From Spirochaetia bacterium (GTDB taxonomy: Bacteria > Spirochaetota > Spirochaetia > SZUA-6 > Bin103), in NCBI GenBank assembly GCA_965203515.1, contig OZ241907.1, positions 3,584,001 through 3,648,000 on the forward strand: a DNA stretch of 64,000 nt. The letters are read 5' to 3'. Below the pieces are notes generated by a model. It ran no database searches, had not been told where the DNA came from, and saw only the letters and a program-made list of their open reading frames with translations. Positions 1 to 11,399 of the stretch are shown here, one piece after another; the first letter of the stretch is position 1; every line of letters begins with the position of its first letter. The position numbers and the translations under genes are program-made.

Positions 1-92
1 TGCGTGAGCATCTTTTCGGGATTCTCCGCCTTGCTGATCATGTCGTTGATGTTCGACTTGACGACCCTGCGGAACCGATCGAACAGGCCCAT
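1..92 (-). CDS. pspA: PspA/IM30 family protein, 5' part (truncated by window edge)
   Basis: Manual translation from ATG at 92: MGLFDRFRRVVKSNINDMISKAENPEKMLT, the typical PspA N-terminus. Not in the ORF track. Confidence 0.85.
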   Translation of the reverse strand, partial: MGLFDRFRRVVKSNINDMISKAENPEKMLT

Positions 93-93
93 A

Positions 94-486
94 TCAGTCG
101 CCCCCCGTTTTCACCAGCGGCAGAAGCCGCTCATAGTGCTCGGCGACCGACAGGCTGATCGCGTCGAGCGTTGCCTGGAACTCCTCGAGGTCGATCGTCT
201 CGCTGAGCAGCGTGTTGAGCATGACGACGGAGTTCCCTTCCAGAGCGTAGGCGCCGTGCAGCAGATCGGTGCCGTTGAGGCGCAAGAGTTCGGAATAGAG
301 CGCGCAGTGGTCGCCCGGCGGCAGGTCGGTGACTTTGAGCCGGAAGATGATCACCGGGTCTTCGTGCACGACGATGAGGTTCTCTACCCCTCGCTCCTCG
401 TCGTTGATCACCCAGGTGTCGCTGTCCAGCTCCTCGAATGACAGCCCGAGCGTGTGGAGAAAACTTTCGATTCGTTGACGGGTCAT
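94..486 (-). CDS. CesT/YbjN-like (type III chaperone fold) protein
   Basis: 130 aa MTRQRIESFL...LLRLNGTDLLHGAYALEG; the ATG overlaps the upstream stop (ATGA) and the gene lies directly before pspA. Confidence 0.7.
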   Translation of the reverse strand: MTRQRIESFLHTLGLSFEELDSDTWVINDEERGVENLIVVHEDPVIIFRLKVTDLPPGDHCALYSELLRLNGTDLLHGAYALEGNSVVMLNTLLSETIDLEEFQATLDAISLSVAEHYERLLPLVKTGGD

Positions 487-1067
487 GCTGCGAACACCTG
501 TGCGCCGTTGTTGATCGCCAGGACCGCCTGGCACTGCGAGCAGCGAAATCGGCCGGACTTGACGGCGCGAAGCCGGGCCGAGCATGCGGGACACTCCACC
601 ACATGCGGGAAGAGGACCGCCGGCGCGGTCCGTTCGGGCGCGGCGAGCAGGGCTACCGCTTCGTCGAGCTCCGCGGCGACGGCGAACAGGTCGGCAAAGC
701 CGAGCAGCCGGAACAGGTCGCCCGCCGGCTCCGGGAGGGCGGCCAGCGCCACGTCCCCGCCGCGCAGCCGCACCGTTCGCTGCAGGCCGGCGAACGCCCC
801 GATCGCGGCGCCGGACAGCTCGCGGAGTCCGGCGCAGTCCAGGATCAGCCGATCGAAGCCGGCGTGCACCGCGGCGCCGGTGCGGTCCCGGAACCGGTCC
901 AGGTCATCGGCGCCGATGCGGCCGCTCAAGTGGAGCGCCATGCAGCCTTCGATCCGGTCGACCACCTGCGACTCGATCGTAAGATCGGCCGGTCGCGCGC
1001 CGAGCCCGGCGCTCGGTCGCCTGGTCGCGGGTTCGGCCATTGCGGGTTCGGCGGTGGCGGTGGACAC
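483..1067 (-). CDS. STAS-domain anti-sigma factor antagonist with C-terminal Zn ribbon
   Basis: STAS-like LILDCAGLRELSGAAIG and C-terminal CPAC...CSQC. Start is GTG 1067 or ATG 1040, downstream of a sigma70-like promoter. Confidence 0.8.
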   Translation of the reverse strand: MSTATAEPAMAEPATRRPSAGLGARPADLTIESQVVDRIEGCMALHLSGRIGADDLDRFRDRTGAAVHAGFDRLILDCAGLRELSGAAIGAFAGLQRTVRLRGGDVALAALPEPAGDLFRLLGFADLFAVAAELDEAVALLAAPERTAPAVLFPHVVECPACSARLRAVKSGRFRCSQCQAVLAINNGAQVFAA

Positions 1068-1076
1068 GACGCCGCC

Positions 1077-1106
1077 AGTATAGCCGCGGCGGTCCGGCCC
1101 GGTCAA
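1077..1106 (-). promoter_or_regulatory. sigma70-like promoter of STAS-cesT-pspA operon
   Basis: TTGACC-N18-TATACT on the minus strand. Confidence 0.55.
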
Positions 1107-1134
1107 ATGTCGCCGTCCCGGCCGGGTCGCCGCG

Positions 1135-2283
<1,149 letters not shown>

Positions 2284-3038
2284 AGGAGGCGCACGGCCGT
2301 GATCGCCGCTACCGCCGCGGTCTCCGCCCGGAGCACCGCGGCGCCCAGCGCGCAGCGGCGAAAGCCGGCGCGGACGATGCGGTCGAGCTCCGGGGCCGTG
2401 AAGCCGCCTTCCGGGCCGACCAGCAGCCAGACCGGCTTGGCGGGGTCGAGCGCGTCCGGCAGGTCGACCTCCGCATCGCCGCGCGCCGGAGGCTGGAAGA
2501 CCAGCTTGCCGGCGGTCGTGTCGGGCGCCTCCCGCAGCAGCTCCGCCAGGCCGCGGGCGGCCTCGATCGCCGGCAGCGGCCGCCGGCCGCTCTGCTGGCC
2601 GGCGCTGCGCGCGATCCGCTGCCAGCGCGGCCGGCGCGGATGCGCGCGGCCGGCCGGCGCCGAACGGTCGGTCAGCAGCGGGACGATGCGCGCCGCGCCC
2701 AGCTCGGTCGCCTGCCGGACGATCAGGTCCATCGCCGCCGGCTTGACGACCGCCTGCGCGATCGTGATCGGCGGCGCCGGCGGCGGCTCGTCGTCAGGGA
2801 TCGGGCGCAGCGTGACCGACAGCCGGTCGCTGCCGCGTTCCCGGATCGTCATGGCAAAGCGCGCCCCGTCCGGGGTACTGGCCGGAATGCTGTCGCCCGG
2901 ACCGAGCCGGCGTACGTGCGCGAGGTAATGGAAGTCCTTGCCGGTCAGCACCGCCCCCCGCGCCGCGCCGTTCCGTCCGCCGGCCGCCAGCGCGTCGTGG
3001 GGAATGATGAACTGCTGCACTCCCTGCTCGCCGACGGG

Positions 3039-4628
3039 CTACTCGCCGGCGGGCGGCGCGGGCGGATGCGTCCGGCGCTCCGGCGTTGCCGGCGGCGCCG
3101 GCGCCGCCGGATGAGCAAGATCGGCGGCGACGCTGTCGGCAGCCGCCGGCGAGGCGTCGACCGGAAAGGAGGACGCGGTGACCTCGCCGGTACGGAGCAG
3201 CCGCACCGCTTCGATCACCGACGGGTCGTTGACCAGATCGTAGATCGGGGTCTGCCGGTGGATGCGCGCGATGGCGCGGGCCAGCTTCCGCCTGACCATC
3301 CGCTCGTCGATCTCGATGCAGCCGTCCGCACTGGCCCGATCGAGGCCGCCCGGGCACGCGCCGCCGATATCGGCTTCCTCCACGTCCGCCAGCAGTTGCC
3401 GTATCTCCGCTTCGGTCGGCTCCGGGTGCTCCAGCGCGAAGCGCACCAGCAGCTCCGACATGCCGAACCGGTCGAGCGTGTAGAGCGCTTCCGGGCTCAG
3501 CTCCGGCTCGGTGATGCGGTGGGGGGCGACGCCGACGCCGTCGATGCGGATGCCGTCGGGCGTGAAGTACCGAGCGGTGGTCACCTTGACCGCCCGATCG
3601 TCCTCGATGCGCATCACCTGCTGCACGGACCCCTTGCCGAAGCTGCGCTGACCGATCAGATAGGCGCGCTCGTGGTCCTTCAGCGCGCCGGCCAGAATCT
3701 CGGCGGCCGATGCCGAGCGGCCGTCGATCAGCACGATGACCGGCAGGTCGCGGCCGACGACGGTGGCGCGCCGCGTCGCGGAGTAGTCCTGATTCTCGCT
3801 CTCCACGCGGGAACGCGTCTTCACGATCGTTCCCTCGTCCAGGAACAGATCGGCGACCTCGACGACCGCGGCGAGCAGGCCGCCGGAGTTGCCGCGGAGA
3901 TCGACGATGAGCGATCGCAGGCCGCCGCCCAGGTCGCTCAGCGCTTCCTGCACTCGGTCGGCGGTCTTGTTGGTGAACTGGCTCACCAGCAGGTACCCGA
4001 TATCGGGCTCGATCAGCGCGTACCGCACGGTCGGGACCTCGATCAGCTCGCGCGTGACGGTCACCTCCAGCGTCCGGCCGGCGCGGGCCAGGGAGACGCG
4101 GACCTCCGAACCGGGCGGACCGCGCAGGCGGGCCACGGCGCCGGCGCCGTCCAGGTCGCCGATGTCGGCGCCGTCGACGCCCACGATCAGGTCGCCGGCC
4201 TCGATGCCGGCCGCCTGCGCCGGCGAGCCGGCGAACGGCTCGATGACCAGCATGCCGCCGTCGACCTCCTCGATGTAGAGGCCCAGGCCGCCGAACTCGC
4301 CGGTGGTCAGATCGTTCAGGTCGTCGATGCCGTCCCGGTCGACGAAGGTGGTGTAGGGATCGTCGACCGCCTGCAACATCCCCTGCAGCGCCCCGGTCAG
4401 CAACAGATCGGTGTCGGCGTCGGCGGCGTCGACGTAGTTGCGCTGCACGAAGTCGAGCACGTCACGCAGAATCGCCGCGGCCCGCTCCGATTCGCGGGTG
4501 CGGTTCTGCGCCGGCGCCTGCGGCGCCAGGACGAGCAGCGTGCCGGCAAACGCGGCGCTTACGGCGGCGGTCGTCCAGAATGCTCGACGGATCCCGAGCC
4601 TTGGCCGTTGCAGCTCAGGTTCCTGCAT
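3039..4628 (-). CDS. ctpA: C-terminal processing peptidase, S41 family (PDZ + S41)
   Basis: DDPYT, GEFGGLGL, DLRGNSGGLL, SASAAEI, SFGKGSVQ; N-terminal signal/TM segment. Confidence 0.9.
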   Translation of the reverse strand: MQEPELQRPRLGIRRAFWTTAAVSAAFAGTLLVLAPQAPAQNRTRESERAAAILRDVLDFVQRNYVDAADADTDLLLTGALQGMLQAVDDPYTTFVDRDGIDDLNDLTTGEFGGLGLYIEEVDGGMLVIEPFAGSPAQAAGIEAGDLIVGVDGADIGDLDGAGAVARLRGPPGSEVRVSLARAGRTLEVTVTRELIEVPTVRYALIEPDIGYLLVSQFTNKTADRVQEALSDLGGGLRSLIVDLRGNSGGLLAAVVEVADLFLDEGTIVKTRSRVESENQDYSATRRATVVGRDLPVIVLIDGRSASAAEILAGALKDHERAYLIGQRSFGKGSVQQVMRIEDDRAVKVTTARYFTPDGIRIDGVGVAPHRITEPELSPEALYTLDRFGMSELLVRFALEHPEPTEAEIRQLLADVEEADIGGACPGGLDRASADGCIEIDERMVRRKLARAIARIHRQTPIYDLVNDPSVIEAVRLLRTGEVTASSFPVDASPAAADSVAADLAHPAAPAPPATPERRTHPPAPPAGE

Positions 4629-4700
4629 GATCCTGCCGATTCTCAGAGCGGGTCGGAGCGTGTGTCAACGATCGCATACACGTTCTATCATGCCGATCTG

Positions 4701-5759
4701 ATGACCGGAGGCTACATCCCGTTTCCCGCCTGGCTCAATCCGGAGATCATACCCGGACTGCCGCTTCGCTGGTACGGCCTGACGTACCTGGTGGCGTTCT
4801 ACCTCACGTACCGGTTGCTGCGCGTCCGCATCGCCGAGCGGAACCTGCAGGTGAACCGGGATACGGTGTTGAATCTCTTCTTCTGGGGGATCGTCGGCGT
4901 GCTGATCGGCGGCCGGCTGATCTCCGTCACGGTCTACGATCCGACCGGCCATTACCTGCGCAATCCGCTGCAGATCATCGTTCCCTTCGTTCAGGAGGCG
5001 GGCAGGCTGCGCTTCGTCGGCCTGCAGGGCATGGCCTATCACGGCGGCCTGCTCGGCGCGATCGTCGCGGTCGCCCTCTACTGCCGCGCCAAGCGGCTGC
5101 CGGTCGCGGAATGGATGGACATGATCGCCGCCTGCACCCCGCTGGGCTACACCTTCGGCCGGCTCGGCAACTTCATCAACGGCGAGCTGTACGGTCGGGT
5201 CACCACCGTACCGTGGGGGATGGTCTTTCCCGACGCGCCCGGCTTTCCGGCCGACCAGGCGTGGGTGCGGCAGATGGCGGAGCGTTCCGGGATCGAAATC
5301 GGCGCGGAGCAGTTGCTGGTCAATCTGGCTCGCCATCCATCGCAGCTCTACGAGGCCGCCCTGGAAGGGCTGCTGCTGTTCGTGGTGCTGTGGGTCGTGC
5401 TGCGCAAGCGCTCGCCGTTCCCGGGCGCGCTGTTCTCAGCCTATCTGGTCGGCTACGGGGTCGTGCGCTTCGCGGTGGAGTACGTCCGGCAGCCGGACCC
5501 GGGCCTCGACTTCCCGATCATGCTGGTCGAGGTGGCCAATCCGGCGCAGACTTCGCTGCTCAACTTCACGACCGGTCAGATACTGTCGGCGATCATGATC
5601 GCGGCCGGCGCGGCCGTGTTCTTCGTGTGCCGGCGCCGCGCCGCGCAGGCCGGCCCGACGCCGGGCGGCGCCGGGCCGGCCGCCGCATCGGCGCCGCATC
5701 CCCGATCGGGCCGGTCGCGCCGCCGGCGCGCCGCGGCCCGGCGCTCGGCCCGGTCGTGA
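4701..5759 (+). CDS. lgt: prolipoprotein diacylglyceryl transferase
   Basis: RWYGL, GMAYHGG, GRLGNFINGELYGR, HPSQLYE. Real start is ATG 4701, inside the over-extended track ORF. Confidence 0.93.
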   Translation: MTGGYIPFPAWLNPEIIPGLPLRWYGLTYLVAFYLTYRLLRVRIAERNLQVNRDTVLNLFFWGIVGVLIGGRLISVTVYDPTGHYLRNPLQIIVPFVQEAGRLRFVGLQGMAYHGGLLGAIVAVALYCRAKRLPVAEWMDMIAACTPLGYTFGRLGNFINGELYGRVTTVPWGMVFPDAPGFPADQAWVRQMAERSGIEIGAEQLLVNLARHPSQLYEAALEGLLLFVVLWVVLRKRSPFPGALFSAYLVGYGVVRFAVEYVRQPDPGLDFPIMLVEVANPAQTSLLNFTTGQILSAIMIAAGAAVFFVCRRRAAQAGPTPGGAGPAAASAPHPRSGRSRRRRAAARRSARS

Positions 5760-5826
5760 ACGGCCGCCCGATCGTGCAGGCCGCGTCCGCCCGGGTTGCC
5801 GGCTCGCCTTCAATTGTCTACGGTAG

Positions 5827-5898
5827 TGGGCGATACTGGATTCGAACCAGTGACTTCTACCGTGTGAAGGTAGCACTCTCCCGCTGAGTTAATCGCCC
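5827..5898 (-). tRNA. tRNA-Val(CAC)
   Basis: GGGCGATTAACTCAGCGGGAGAGTGCTACCTT-CAC-ACGGTAGAAGTCACTGGTTCGAATCCAGTATCGCCCA forms a cloverleaf; followed by CTA, not CCA. Confidence 0.93.
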
Positions 5899-5909
5899 TT
5901 GGAGCACCA

Positions 5910-6650
5910 GTGTATCGCATAGCGTCGCAAACGTCACGCGCCCTGGCATCACGCGCCCGGGGAACGCTTGCGATCCCGGTGGTCGGTCCGGTGGTCGATC
6001 CGCGGCGGCCGGCGGTCGCGGCCGCCGGTCCGGACCGCTTCGGTCTGGGCCGGGCCGGTCTGGACCGGGCCGGTCTCGACCGGGAGCTGATGCGCAAGGC
6101 GATCCATCTGCTGGTCGCGCTGGTCCCGCCGCTCGCCTCCGTGCACCTCTCGCTCACCATGGGCCTGCTCATGGCGGGCACCCTGTTCTACACCGTCGCC
6201 GAGGCGATGCGGTTGACCGGCATGCGCGTGGCGGTGGTGTCGGGGCTCACCGCGGCGGCGGCGCGGCCGGGCGACGCCGGGTTCGTGCTGGGGCCGGTCA
6301 CGCTCGGCCTGGGCGCCATGCTGGCGCTGCTGCTCTATCCGTTGCCGGCGTCGGCGATCGCGATCTACGCGCTGGCGTTCGGCGACGCCGCCGCCAGCGT
6401 GGTCGGCATGGCGTGCGCGGGGCGGCGCCTGCCGCTCAACCGCAACAAGACCGTCGCCGGGAGCCTGGCCTGCTTCGCCGCCGTGTTTCTGATTACGGTC
6501 GCCCTGACCGCCGACGCCCGCCTGTCGGCCGCCGTGGCCGCCGCCGCCATGACGATCGAGGCGCTGTCGGGCCGCGATCTCGACAACCTGCTGCTCCCCG
6601 TCGGCGTCGGGATGGTCGCGCAGGCGGTGCGGATGCTGCCGGCTGCCTGA
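5910..6650 (+). CDS. phytol/dolichol kinase-like CTP-dependent membrane protein (start uncertain)
   Basis: RKAIH, FGDAAASVVG, NKTVAGS, DLDNLLLP motifs; multiple TM segments. Confidence 0.75.
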   Translation: MYRIASQTSRALASRARGTLAIPVVGPVVDPRRPAVAAAGPDRFGLGRAGLDRAGLDRELMRKAIHLLVALVPPLASVHLSLTMGLLMAGTLFYTVAEAMRLTGMRVAVVSGLTAAAARPGDAGFVLGPVTLGLGAMLALLLYPLPASAIAIYALAFGDAAASVVGMACAGRRLPLNRNKTVAGSLACFAAVFLITVALTADARLSAAVAAAAMTIEALSGRDLDNLLLPVGVGMVAQAVRMLPAA

Positions 6651-6656
6651 TCGGTC

Positions 6657-7862
6657 ATGCGAAACATCGGTCTGCTCACCAGCGGGGGCGATGCACCCGG
6701 ACTCAACGCGGTGCTGTGCGGCGCCGCGGCCATGGCCGAGGCGCGCGGCGCACGGGCGTGGATCATCCCCAACGGTTACGCCGGCCTCTACAATCTGGAA
6801 CGGCTCCCCAAGCTGATCGAGCTCGACGCGGCCCGGCGCGACGCGATCGACTGCGCGATGGCCGGCTCGGCGGCGGGTCATTCCCGCATCAAGATCGCCG
6901 CGATCCCGGATGAGCGGCGTTACGAGCGGATCGCCGCCGGCCTGCGGCGCTTTTCGATCGACGGTCTGGTGATCGCGGGGGGCGACGATACCGGATCGGT
7001 GGTCGTCGACCTGGCCGACCGGGGCATCGCGGTCGTGCACGCGCCCAAGACGATCGACCTCGACCTGCAGACCTACTCGGTCGGGGGAGATACCGCGGCC
7101 AATCGGATCGCGCGCATCGTCGCCGATCTCAAGTCGACCGGCCGCAGCCACAACCGGGTGATGATCACGGAGGCGTTCGGGCGCTACGCCGGCCACGTCG
7201 CGCTGTGCGGCGGCATCGCCGCCGACGCCGACTGCATCCTGCTGCCGGAGATACCGGTCGACTTCGATATCGTCCACCGGCACCTCAAGCGCCGGCTGCT
7301 CGGCCGCCTGCGCGCCGCCGACGGCTTCGCCGCCACCTATACGGTCGTGGCGGCCGAGGGAATGACGACGGTCGACGGGACGACCGTGATCGACGAAAGC
7401 GTCGCCGTCGACGCCTTCGGCCACCGCAAGCTCACCGGCGCGGGCCGCTACGTCCGCGATCAGCTGCAGTCGCGGCTCGACGGCGATCCCGAGGTCCGGC
7501 AGGCGATGCGGGAGCTCGGCCTGTACGTGCCGACCCTCTACGAGGTGCCGGAGGCGCGTGAGGTGGTCCCCGCGCACGTGGTGCGCGCCGGCGTCACCTC
7601 CGTGTTCGACGTCAACTTCGGCAAGCGGATCGGCGCGGGCGCCGTGCTGCTGCTGCTGGCCGGCGTGGCGGGCGTGACGGTGAGCTGGGTCGACGGCGAG
7701 ACCGTCTCGTACCTGCCGACCCGCACGGCGATCGAGCAGCGGTACGTCGATCCGGCGATCGTGCGCCTGTACGAGGAACTGGGGGTCTGCTTCGGCCGGC
7801 GTCCCGAGCGGTACGCGCCGGAGCTGCGCGAGCTGGACCGACCGCAGCCGCGCTATCTCTGA
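6657..7862 (+). CDS. pfkA: 6-phosphofructokinase, probably PPi-dependent
   Basis: TSGGDAPGLN, GGDD, PKTID, EAFGRYAG. Confidence 0.88.
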   Translation: MRNIGLLTSGGDAPGLNAVLCGAAAMAEARGARAWIIPNGYAGLYNLERLPKLIELDAARRDAIDCAMAGSAAGHSRIKIAAIPDERRYERIAAGLRRFSIDGLVIAGGDDTGSVVVDLADRGIAVVHAPKTIDLDLQTYSVGGDTAANRIARIVADLKSTGRSHNRVMITEAFGRYAGHVALCGGIAADADCILLPEIPVDFDIVHRHLKRRLLGRLRAADGFAATYTVVAAEGMTTVDGTTVIDESVAVDAFGHRKLTGAGRYVRDQLQSRLDGDPEVRQAMRELGLYVPTLYEVPEAREVVPAHVVRAGVTSVFDVNFGKRIGAGAVLLLLAGVAGVTVSWVDGETVSYLPTRTAIEQRYVDPAIVRLYEELGVCFGRRPERYAPELRELDRPQPRYL

Positions 7863-7869
7863 AGCCGCG

Positions 7870-9099
7870 CTACCGCTGAGTACGGGGCCGCGGCGGTCGG
7901 TTCGGCCGCCGATCGACCAGGAGGCGCTCCCGCACGCCGACCGCCGCGGCGAGCGCGCCGCCGATCAGCACGTCGACCGCCGCGCCGATCGCGATCAGCA
8001 GCGGCAGCACCGGTTCGACCACCAGGAAGCTCTCTTCCCGCCCCTGACCGTAGTGAGCGGCAAGGAGCGTCAGGGCGGCCGTGACGGCGCCGCCGGGAGC
8101 GGCCGGCAGGGCGAATGACAGCACCGAAGCGGCGCCGATGATCCACAACACCTCGCCGACGGCCAGCGCCATGCCCGAGTAGGAGCGGAGTATCACGGTA
8201 AAGGCAGCGGCCGCCACCATGGCGGTCCCGGCCCGCCCGAACATCGCGGTCAGCGGGAAGGCCGCGCCGGCCAAGCGGTTGGAGACGCGCAACTCCTCGG
8301 TCCCGTACCGGGTCAACGCCGCCAGGGCCGCGTGGTGGTGGCCGGTGGCGATGGCGGTGAGCGCCGGCACGGTCAGCGCGGAGAGCGGCGGCAGGTCCGC
8401 TCGCGCGCGGCGGAGCGCGCGCCACCCCAGCGACAGAAGGCCGATCACCAATCCCAGGTCGATCGCCAGTACCAGCAGCAGCTCGACGTACGGGCCGATC
8501 CCTGCCGCCGCCAGCGCCGCGGCCAGCGAGGCGCCGCCCAGCAGCAGCACCGCCCAGAGGTGGGCGGCGACCAGGGAGTTGATCCGATGGAACAGACGCG
8601 CCAGCGCCGTGGAGAGCTCGACGACCGCGGCGCTGGAGCGGTCGTCGGGAATGCTCAGGCCGATCACCAGGGCGATCAGATATACTGGCAGCAACAGCGC
8701 TCCGTCGCCGGCCAGACCGGCGAAGAGATTGGTCGGCAGCGCCTGCTGCAGATGCTCGACGACGCCCGGCACCGGGGCGGCGGCGCGGTCGACGACGATG
8801 ATGGGGATCCGCTCGGGTGACGCGGCCAGCACCGACAGAACGCCGAGCGCCGCCAACGCCGTCGCGGCGGCCGCCTGCCCGGCGATCAGCCATGCGTGGG
8901 TGCGCAGGACGCCGCGGCGTCCCAGCTCGCGGGCGCCGGCTACCAGCCCAAAGAAGACCATCGGAAAGACGAACACCTGCACCGCCCGGACCGCCAGGCC
9001 CGCGGCGGTATGCAGGACGGCGGCCAGCGGCTGGTGGAACAGGGCGCCGAGCGCCGCTCCGGCGGCCAGCGCCAGCGCCGCCCGCAGGACCGGCGTCAC
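7870..9099 (-). CDS. dicarboxylate/amino acid:cation symporter (DAACS), divergent
   Basis: Very hydrophobic; VFPMVFFGL, LPTNLF, FPLTAMFGRAGTAM pattern of the SDF family. Confidence 0.7.
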   Translation of the reverse strand: MTPVLRAALALAAGAALGALFHQPLAAVLHTAAGLAVRAVQVFVFPMVFFGLVAGARELGRRGVLRTHAWLIAGQAAAATALAALGVLSVLAASPERIPIIVVDRAAAPVPGVVEHLQQALPTNLFAGLAGDGALLLPVYLIALVIGLSIPDDRSSAAVVELSTALARLFHRINSLVAAHLWAVLLLGGASLAAALAAAGIGPYVELLLVLAIDLGLVIGLLSLGWRALRRARADLPPLSALTVPALTAIATGHHHAALAALTRYGTEELRVSNRLAGAAFPLTAMFGRAGTAMVAAAAFTVILRSYSGMALAVGEVLWIIGAASVLSFALPAAPGGAVTAALTLLAAHYGQGREESFLVVEPVLPLLIAIGAAVDVLIGGALAAAVGVRERLLVDRRPNRPPRPRTQR

Positions 9100-9153
9100 G
9101 CCGTACCTCGGCAGGCAGGAGCGGGGAGGCGCCGAAGCAAGGGAGGAGCACGC

Positions 9154-9990
9154 ATGAAAGCGGTAATCGTCGCTGCCGGCTACGGCAGCCGGTTTCTGCC
9201 GGCTTCGAAGACGGTGCCCAAGGAGCTGTTTCCGATCATCGACCGGCCGGCGATCGACTTCATATTACAGGAGCTGCGCGAATCCGGGATCGAGGAGGTC
9301 CTGTTCATCACCTCGCGCCGCAAGCGCGCCCTGGAAGACTACGTCGACCGCGAGGTGGAGCTGGAGCAGGTCTTCGAGTCCGAGGGCGACGCCGTCAAGC
9401 GGCGGTCGATCGCCGTGCCGCCGGGCCGGTTCCTGTTCCTGCGCCAGGAGCGGATGCTCGGCACCGGCCAGGCGATCCTGCTGGCCGAGTCGTTCACCGG
9501 CGGGGATCCGTTCGTGGTCGTGTTTCCGGACGATCTGCATGTCGGCGGCCCGCCGCTCACCCGCCAGTTGATCGACGCCTACGATCGGACCGGGTGCAGC
9601 GTGCTGGCCGTCGAGCACGATCCGCCGCATCTGGAACGGTACGGCGTGGTGTCGTTGGCCGCCGACGGTCTGCACGTCACCGACATCGTGGAGAAGCCGC
9701 CGCCGGGCACCGAGCCGAGCCGCGACATCTCCATCGGCCGCTACCTCTATACGCCGGAGATCTACCCGGCGCTGCGGCGGCGATGGGAGCGCCATCGCGG
9801 CGGCGAGTTCAACTATACCGAGGGGGTGCGGGAGTTGGCGCGCGGCGGGCGGGTGGTGATCCGGCGCATGGACGGCCGCCGGCTCGATCTGGGCGCTCCG
9901 GCCGGCTACCTGCGGTCGATCCTGGAGTACGCGGCGACCGTGCCGGAGCTGGCGGCGGAGATCGAGGCGTTCCGCGCCAGCGCTTCGTAG
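9154..9990 (+). CDS. galU: UTP--glucose-1-phosphate uridylyltransferase
   Basis: MKAVIVAAGYGSRFLPASKTVPKELFP; SD GGAGGAG before ATG 9154. Confidence 0.85.
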   Translation: MKAVIVAAGYGSRFLPASKTVPKELFPIIDRPAIDFILQELRESGIEEVLFITSRRKRALEDYVDREVELEQVFESEGDAVKRRSIAVPPGRFLFLRQERMLGTGQAILLAESFTGGDPFVVVFPDDLHVGGPPLTRQLIDAYDRTGCSVLAVEHDPPHLERYGVVSLAADGLHVTDIVEKPPPGTEPSRDISIGRYLYTPEIYPALRRRWERHRGGEFNYTEGVRELARGGRVVIRRMDGRRLDLGAPAGYLRSILEYAATVPELAAEIEAFRASAS

Positions 9991-10805
9991 CCCTCGGCCT
10001 CGGCGCGCCGGCCGCGCTTGCGGGCGCCGGCCGCGTGGATCAGGCACTTGCGGGCGAGCTCCCGCCGCGCGATGGTCCGCTCCGGTTCGCCCCATCGGTC
10101 GGCCGCGACCAGCGGCGCCAGGGCGGCGATGCGGAACCGCTCGATCTGCCCGTACCGCTCCGATAGCTGGTCGCCATGGCCGGCCCGCTTGGTGACCAGC
10201 GGCCGGTCGCAGTACGCGACCGGGAAGCGGGCGGTCACCCGCAGCCACAGCTCGTAATCCTCGGCCACCTCCAGGTCTTCCCGAAACCCGCCGACCTCGC
10301 GCAGGACGGCGCGGCGCAGGACCACCGTGGACGGTCCGATGACGCACTTGCGCACCGATTCGGCAAAGATGCGGCCGGCCCGCCGGTGGCGTTGACCGGC
10401 CTGCGACACGGTCCTGCCGTCGCGTACCCAGTGCTCCCGGCAGTGGACGATCGGCGTCCCGGCATCGCCTGTCAGCCGCGCCATCTGCAGCGCCAGCTTG
10501 CCGGGCATCCACAGGTCGTCGGAATCGAGGAAGGCCAGGTAGTCGCCCGCCGCGATCGCCGCGCCGGCGTTGCGCACCGCGCCCGGCCGGCCGGTGTGGT
10601 CGATGCGGAGCGTGCGCAGGTCGCGCGCGGCGCGCAGCCGCTGCGCGGTGCCGTCGGTCGACCCGTCGTCCACGACGATCAACTCGATCGGCGCGTAGCG
10701 CTGCGCCCGCACCGAGTCGATCGCCTCCATCAGCAGCTCGGCGCGGTCGTGGGTCGGGATGATCACCGAGACCAGGGGGCGGGCGCTCGCGGACCGCATC
10801 GGCAT
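9906..10805 (-). CDS. glycosyltransferase family 2
   Basis: VSVIIPT, VVDDGSTD, FLDSDD, EDYELW; 3' end overlaps galU convergently. Confidence 0.88.
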   Translation of the reverse strand: MPMRSASARPLVSVIIPTHDRAELLMEAIDSVRAQRYAPIELIVVDDGSTDGTAQRLRAARDLRTLRIDHTGRPGAVRNAGAAIAAGDYLAFLDSDDLWMPGKLALQMARLTGDAGTPIVHCREHWVRDGRTVSQAGQRHRRAGRIFAESVRKCVIGPSTVVLRRAVLREVGGFREDLEVAEDYELWLRVTARFPVAYCDRPLVTKRAGHGDQLSERYGQIERFRIAALAPLVAADRWGEPERTIARRELARKCLIHAAGARKRGRRAEAEGYEALARNASISAASSGTVAAYSRIDRR

Positions 10806-10826
10806 CGATGGCGATAGTATGCACCC

Positions 10827-11399
10827 GTGGTCGGCGGTACCGGACCGGAGCGCGGTCGGCGCGGGACGGCGGGAGCGCCGGCGCCCGCCCCCGGGGTCGA
10901 GCGGGTGGCGCTGATCGGCTTCATGGGCGCCGGCAAGTCGGCGGTCGGCGCGGCGTTGGCGGCGGCGCTCGAGTGGCGGTTCGTCGATCTCGATCGCCTG
11001 ATCGAGGGAGAACAGGGGCGAACCGTACGGGAGATATTCGCGGCCGCCGGCGAGGCCGGCTTCCGCGCGGCGGAGACGACCGCGCTCTACCGGCTGAGCG
11101 GCGCCCGGCGGACCGTGCTGGCGGTCGGCGGCGGAGCGCCGGTGCAGCCGGCGAACCGCGCGTTCTTCCGCGACTGGACGACCTTCTACCTGGCCGCGCC
11201 GCTCGTCGAGCTGCGCGAGCGGGCCGGCAGGCCGGGCAATCGGCCGCTGCTCGATCAGCCGGCAGCGCGGCTGCGCGCGCTGTACGAGCGGCGCGAGCCG
11301 GTCTATCGCAGCCTCGGCATCCGCATCGACACCGCCCGCAGACCGGTCAGCGCGGTGGCGGGCGCCGTGCTGGAACGGCTGCGCCGGCCGGCGCCGTGA
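10827..11399 (+). CDS. aroK: shikimate kinase
   Basis: GFMGAGKS, DLD, GEAGFR, GGG, RPLL, REPVY. Confidence 0.9.
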   Translation: MVGGTGPERGRRGTAGAPAPAPGVERVALIGFMGAGKSAVGAALAAALEWRFVDLDRLIEGEQGRTVREIFAAAGEAGFRAAETTALYRLSGARRTVLAVGGGAPVQPANRAFFRDWTTFYLAAPLVELRERAGRPGNRPLLDQPAARLRALYERREPVYRSLGIRIDTARRPVSAVAGAVLERLRRPAP

